From positions 1-39,942 of the IMG/VR virus record IMGVR_UViG_3300044268_002096: a stretch of DNA of 39,942 nt, one strand, 5' to 3'. The notes beneath the pieces are model-generated. The model was not told the DNA's origin. It saw only the letters and a list, made by a program, of their open reading frames with translations, and made no database searches. This DNA comes from a virus (lineage: Duplodnaviria > Caudoviricetes). A program made the position numbers and the translations under genes. The number at the start of each line of letters is the position of its first letter. Position 1 is the first letter of the stretch. Positions 36,946-39,942 of the stretch are shown in pieces.

Positions 36946-37008
36946 GTGAGTGTGCGAACACTGTAAATAGTCCCGATGTTACACTATTGTTCGTACACTC
37001 ACCTTTTT
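36946..37008 (+). terminator. long hairpin plus U-tract (terminator or RNA processing site)
   Basis: GTGAGTGTGCGAACA (36946-36960) pairs with TGTTCGTACACTCAC (36988-37002): 15 bp with one GU. Inner TGTAA/TTACA helix, followed by CTTTTT. Confidence 0.6.
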
Positions 37009-37019
37009 AGGGGAAGAAA

Positions 37020-37226
37020 ATGAAAATACAATTTATTAAAGATAACGGCGAAGTTATTGAAACTACGGTCACGGAACTAAGTAGAGCAATCTATAGTTTC
37101 GGTTCAGCATTTACTAGCGAGGAGTTTAGTAATGCACTCTACGATTTTATAGAAGAAAAACAACAAGAAGATGAAAATTCTTTACACGCTAGATTGCGTA
37201 ATGTACAACACGATGATACCAGATAG
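37020..37226 (+). CDS. hypothetical protein
   Basis: 68 aa, purine-rich RBS. Confidence 0.55.
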   Translation: MKIQFIKDNGEVIETTVTELSRAIYSFGSAFTSEEFSNALYDFIEEKQQEDENSLHARLRNVQHDDTR

Positions 37227-37257
37227 TTTTTATGTCTTGGTTTTTACGTGGTGTCTA

Positions 37258-37332
37258 ATAGTGCTTTACTTTGCTAATATTGGCGTTTAATATAAATACT
37301 ATAACTAAACAAGAAAGGAGAAAGTTATGAAT
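37258..37332 (+). promoter_or_regulatory. phage early promoter and leader, copy 1
   Basis: TTTACT(37265)-N17-TAATAT. A 22-bp and a 25-bp block are identical to the copy at 38395-38470. Confidence 0.75.
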
Positions 37333-37464
37333 AAAAAAGACGATAAACCATTATCACCAGAGGAGCGTAGACGCATTAGTAGTCAATACACTATTGCCCC
37401 TGCGTATAATAAAGGAGCCTATCAGGTTATCCCTAAAGACGATATTAAACATATAGGGAGGTAA
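37327..37464 (+). CDS. small conserved phage protein (45 aa)
   Basis: Read manually: MNKKDDKPLSPEERRRISSQYTIAPAYNKGAYQVIPKDDIKHIGR. AGAAAGGAG RBS. The APAYNKGAYQV motif is familiar from marine phages. Confidence 0.75.
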   Translation: MNKKDDKPLSPEERRRISSQYTIAPAYNKGAYQVIPKDDIKHIGR

Positions 37465-37466
37465 TT

Positions 37467-37898
37467 ATGGGTTTAGATTGTTATGTAGTTCACAGCAATG
37501 ATCGTGAAAAAGCATTTACTCATGAAGATGACGACCGTATCAAAGATATTAATTTATGTGGAGGCATGATGAGTGGTCATGGTGCCGATGGTTCGTTTAG
37601 AGGTAAAGTTTATGAACCATTAGTAGGTGAACTTATGGACGAACCAGGACTCTGGCATATTGAAGGCGAAGACGCTCATATTACTAGCCAAGAATTAAAA
37701 CAACAAGCCGACGCGTTAGGTCAGCTGATTACGGCTAAGTTAGAAGATGCAGACGAACTTGATGAAGTGGTTGAAGACGATACTATTATTTATCAAAGTA
37801 GCATCGGTTACGAATATACTTTTAAAGAAGTTTGTGATTTAGAGACTTTGTTTCGAGTAGCTTCAGAGCGTGGTGCAGTAATGACGGTATGGTGGTAA
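37467..37898 (+). CDS. hypothetical protein (MGLD N-terminus, WW C-terminus)
   Basis: GGAGG RBS, acidic, 143 aa. Confidence 0.7.
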   Translation: MGLDCYVVHSNDREKAFTHEDDDRIKDINLCGGMMSGHGADGSFRGKVYEPLVGELMDEPGLWHIEGEDAHITSQELKQQADALGQLITAKLEDADELDEVVEDDTIIYQSSIGYEYTFKEVCDLETLFRVASERGAVMTVWW

Positions 37899-37899
37899 T

Positions 37900-38202
37900 A
37901 TGAAAAAGATTAAATACGCAACAATTCCAATATTAGAAAAGCTAGTAGAACAAGCAGAACGTGCCGATAAAAACCAATATCCTGATATGTATAAAATTAA
38001 CGAAACGATTAGCGAGTTAGAACTAGATCATGAAACGGTTAAGTTTCCGATTGTAATGACTCTTGATCATAACGATATCGAAGTACGAGCCGTATTTAAT
38101 ATCCCAAATATAGATGACCCTACCGTTATGGATAGGTTTTTATTAGATATGGAATATCAAGATTATAACGAACTACCTGCCGTGGTGATGAGCGATGAAT
38201 AG
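37900..38202 (+). CDS. hypothetical protein
   Basis: 100 aa, tightly packed between neighbours. Confidence 0.6.
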   Translation: MKKIKYATIPILEKLVEQAERADKNQYPDMYKINETISELELDHETVKFPIVMTLDHNDIEVRAVFNIPNIDDPTVMDRFLLDMEYQDYNELPAVVMSDE

Positions 38203-38398
38203 TAAGAAAGCTAAATTGTTACGCAAAGTTTTGAAAAAAGGTGGGGTCGATTGGCGGCAAGCTAAACACGTACAACGGATAACTAAAGATCACCAAGGTA
38301 ACGAGCAACGTGAGCCGACGATATTTTTAGACCCTAAATGTGGTCGTGCAATTTACCGTATGTCAAAACGTATGGCTAAAGTCAGGGGCTTGGTATAG
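38195..38398 (+). CDS. basic hypothetical protein
   Basis: MNSKKAKLLRK...CGRAIYR. Overlaps the previous stop. Confidence 0.6.
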   Translation: MNSKKAKLLRKVLKKGGVDWRQAKHVQRITKDHQGNEQREPTIFLDPKCGRAIYRMSKRMAKVRGLV

Positions 38399-38470
38399 TG
38401 CTTTACTTTGCTAATACTCGTAACTATAATTTAATAATAACTAATAACAAGAAAGGAGAAAGTTATGAAT
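38395..38470 (+). promoter_or_regulatory. phage early promoter and leader, copy 2
   Basis: TTTACT(38402)-N17-TATAAT(38425). Duplicate of 37258-37332. Confidence 0.8.
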
Positions 38471-38686
38471 GAAAAAATGATGATCGAGTTACTTGACAAA
38501 CTTACGGAGACTTTACGTAAAGTTGTCGAAACTCAAAAGTCACAAGAGGAAGTCAATAAACAACTTGTTGACGAAATACTAACCTTGAAAAACCGCATAC
38601 TTATGCTAGAAATGGAAAAGCAGACAGTTGAGCGTGTAAAGACGCTGCTAAGTAAAGAGGAGGTTGATGATGTTGACCACAAGTGA
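38465..38686 (+). CDS. coiled-coil hypothetical protein
   Basis: Strong RBS, heptad pattern. Confidence 0.65.
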   Translation: MNEKMMIELLDKLTETLRKVVETQKSQEEVNKQLVDEILTLKNRILMLEMEKQTVERVKTLLSKEEVDDVDHK

Positions 38687-38951
38687 TATTAAAAACCAAG
38701 CGTTGAAATATGTTACTGAGCATTTACAATACGATAACTTTACTGAGCAACAGATAGCAGATGCTCACAACTGGGTGGTCGAGGTCTTACTCGACTTTGA
38801 AAAAGTTTATGGACCTTCGGATAAACTCTATAAGAGTGACGTTTTGAGGTTTCTAGAACAGTATTTAGAAAGTAATTACTCGCACGTGGCAGAGGGTCCA
38901 GCAGAAGATTACAGTCCTGAATACGTAAAACAACATACACTAAGGAGGTAG
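38664..38951 (+). CDS. hypothetical protein
   Basis: GAGGAGG RBS. Exact start within 38664-38670 uncertain. Confidence 0.6.
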   Translation: MMMLTTSDIKNQALKYVTEHLQYDNFTEQQIADAHNWVVEVLLDFEKVYGPSDKLYKSDVLRFLEQYLESNYSHVAEGPAEDYSPEYVKQHTLRR

Positions 38952-38953
38952 TG

Positions 38954-39232
38954 ATGCAAGATAAAATAAATATGGGAGGTGAAGTGGCAACTTTTGTCTG
39001 TGATAATGCTGAAGAAATAATATTGAATTTAATTACAGATCACGAAGTTGTATCAGACGAAGTTCTAAATAAAATACATACTAAGATTGTTAAAGAAAAA
39101 ACACTTAGAAGAGGACGAGCTGCGGACGCTACTCCTGAGGAGAGAGAAAAAGCGGTTTGTCTGCAAATTGAAGATGTGTTTTCTGACGAAAATTTAGAGA
39201 GGTTGGAGAGAGAACATCAGGAGGAAGTATGA
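38954..39232 (+). CDS. hypothetical protein
   Basis: AAGGAGG RBS. Confidence 0.6.
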   Translation: MQDKINMGGEVATFVCDNAEEIILNLITDHEVVSDEVLNKIHTKIVKEKTLRRGRAADATPEEREKAVCLQIEDVFSDENLERLEREHQEEV

Positions 39233-39456
39233 CGGATAGAACAAAAAACTTACCGAAAGGTTTAGCTATCGGAACAACTGAACAAACGGTTACTAATCCA
39301 TTTTCAGGAGAAAGTGTGTTATTGAAACCTGACGCTATTGCAGTCTATGATTTTATCAAAGGTAGCGAAGCCTTAAAACAATACGACGATATGCGAGAAG
39401 GTTTAGATTGGTTTATGCAACACGAACCTGAAGCGTATATGACGTTATTAGATTAA
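39229..39456 (+). CDS. hypothetical protein
   Basis: ATGA overlap. NPFSGES...AYMTLLD. Confidence 0.65.
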   Translation: MTDRTKNLPKGLAIGTTEQTVTNPFSGESVLLKPDAIAVYDFIKGSEALKQYDDMREGLDWFMQHEPEAYMTLLD

Positions 39457-39540
39457 TTATGAAGGTTAGCGGAAAAGAGGATAGCTATTAAAGACCAAAT
39501 CCTGTTTGGCTGAGATGTCATATGAACAACGCCTTTATAA
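39457..39540 (+). ncRNA. candidate structured RNA (multi-stem junction with loop-loop pairing)
   Basis: Closing stem TTATGAAGGT/GCCTTTATAA, hairpins TAGC/GCTA and CCAAA/TTTGG, and complementary loop segments AGGA/TCCT. Confidence 0.4.
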
Positions 39541-39553
39541 CTAGGAGCAAATT

Positions 39554-39754
39554 ATGGATATAAAAAAATTAAATCAAGAATACAGTTACTCATGGTCGGA
39601 TAAACGTAGCCCGTACGAAATCTTTTTTGATAATATGTACAAAGCATATCTACTCGAAAAAGAAGCGTATGGTGAAAAAGATGTTTTGAGTAAAACAGAT
39701 TATTTCGAAGCTAATCAAGATTTTTTATTACAAAAGTTTAAGGAGGAAGCATGA
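39554..39754 (+). CDS. hypothetical protein
   Basis: AGGAG RBS, 66 aa. Confidence 0.65.
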   Translation: MDIKKLNQEYSYSWSDKRSPYEIFFDNMYKAYLLEKEAYGEKDVLSKTDYFEANQDFLLQKFKEEA

Positions 39755-39942
39755 ATGAAGAACATATTTATGCAGATGCAAGTGAAGTTGATTATGATAC
39801 AGTCAGCTATAAAAAGTTTTATTGGTATGACACACAAGCATACAGTTGGTGGGGAGACGATAACGAGGGTCTTATATATGGCTATGTTGAATGGTATGGA
39901 GACCAAAGACTAGATGATGCTTGTGAAATTGATGATGGAACA
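39751..39942 (+). CDS. hypothetical protein, 3'-truncated
   Basis: AGGAGG RBS and ATGA overlap. Frame MNEEHIYADASEVDY... is open to the window end. Confidence 0.6.
   Translation, partial: MNEEHIYADASEVDYDTVSYKKFYWYDTQAYSWWGDDNEGLIYGYVEWYGDQRLDDACEIDDGT

Noticed and set aside
37258-38470. CRISPR array or att sites from the 22-25 bp direct repeats
   Set aside because: Only two copies about 1.1 kb apart, coinciding with promoter and RBS elements. No cas or integrase gene is present.
39495-39530. Hammerhead ribozyme or TPP riboswitch suggested by CTGAGA
   Set aside because: No CUGANGA/GAAA/UH core in the right arrangement and no TPP CCUGAU segment.
77-39906. Minus-strand ORFs in the track other than SNF2 (e.g. 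77-376, 2014-2298, 4566-4919, 10179-10574, 30743-31198, 36510-36767) and nested + ORFs 21563-21916 and 28553-28771
   Set aside because: They are shadows of well-supported genes on the other strand or frame, with no recognisable motifs.

Overview
AT-rich, densely coding fragment of a tailed dsDNA bacteriophage, most like marine podovirus-type phages with a family A DNA polymerase. The host cannot be determined from this window. No capsid, portal, terminase, integrase, tRNA or CRISPR array is visible. Layout: (1) 1-6274: tail protein, lysozyme, seven very Lys/Arg-rich small genes, a thermonuclease and holin-like membrane proteins. (2) 6253-11517: an overlapping cassette of two paralogous small membrane proteins, CsgF, CsgG, a curlin-like protein, a FecR-domain protein and a CHASE2 class III adenylyl cyclase. 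(3) 11602-20617: a cupin and putative internal virion (ejection) proteins. (4) 20614-33381: replication genes (SNF2 helicase on the minus strand, putative SSB, primase, AlkB-like oxygenase, UvrD-like helicase, PolA with Leu762), including a thymidine-modification operon (SAM methyltransferase, 5hmU-DNA kinase-like protein, dUMP hydroxymethylase-like thymidylate synthase, putative dNTP pyrophosphatase). (5) 33562-39942: small early-type genes behind a repeated CTTTACTT-type promoter, plus two candidate structured RNAs. The two best candidates for an undescribed system are the methyltransferase-coupled 5hmU hypermodification pathway, supported by the apparent absence of GGCC, CCGG and GCGC, and the curli-FecR-cyclase trans-envelope cassette. 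All family calls come from motif recognition by eye, not database searches.
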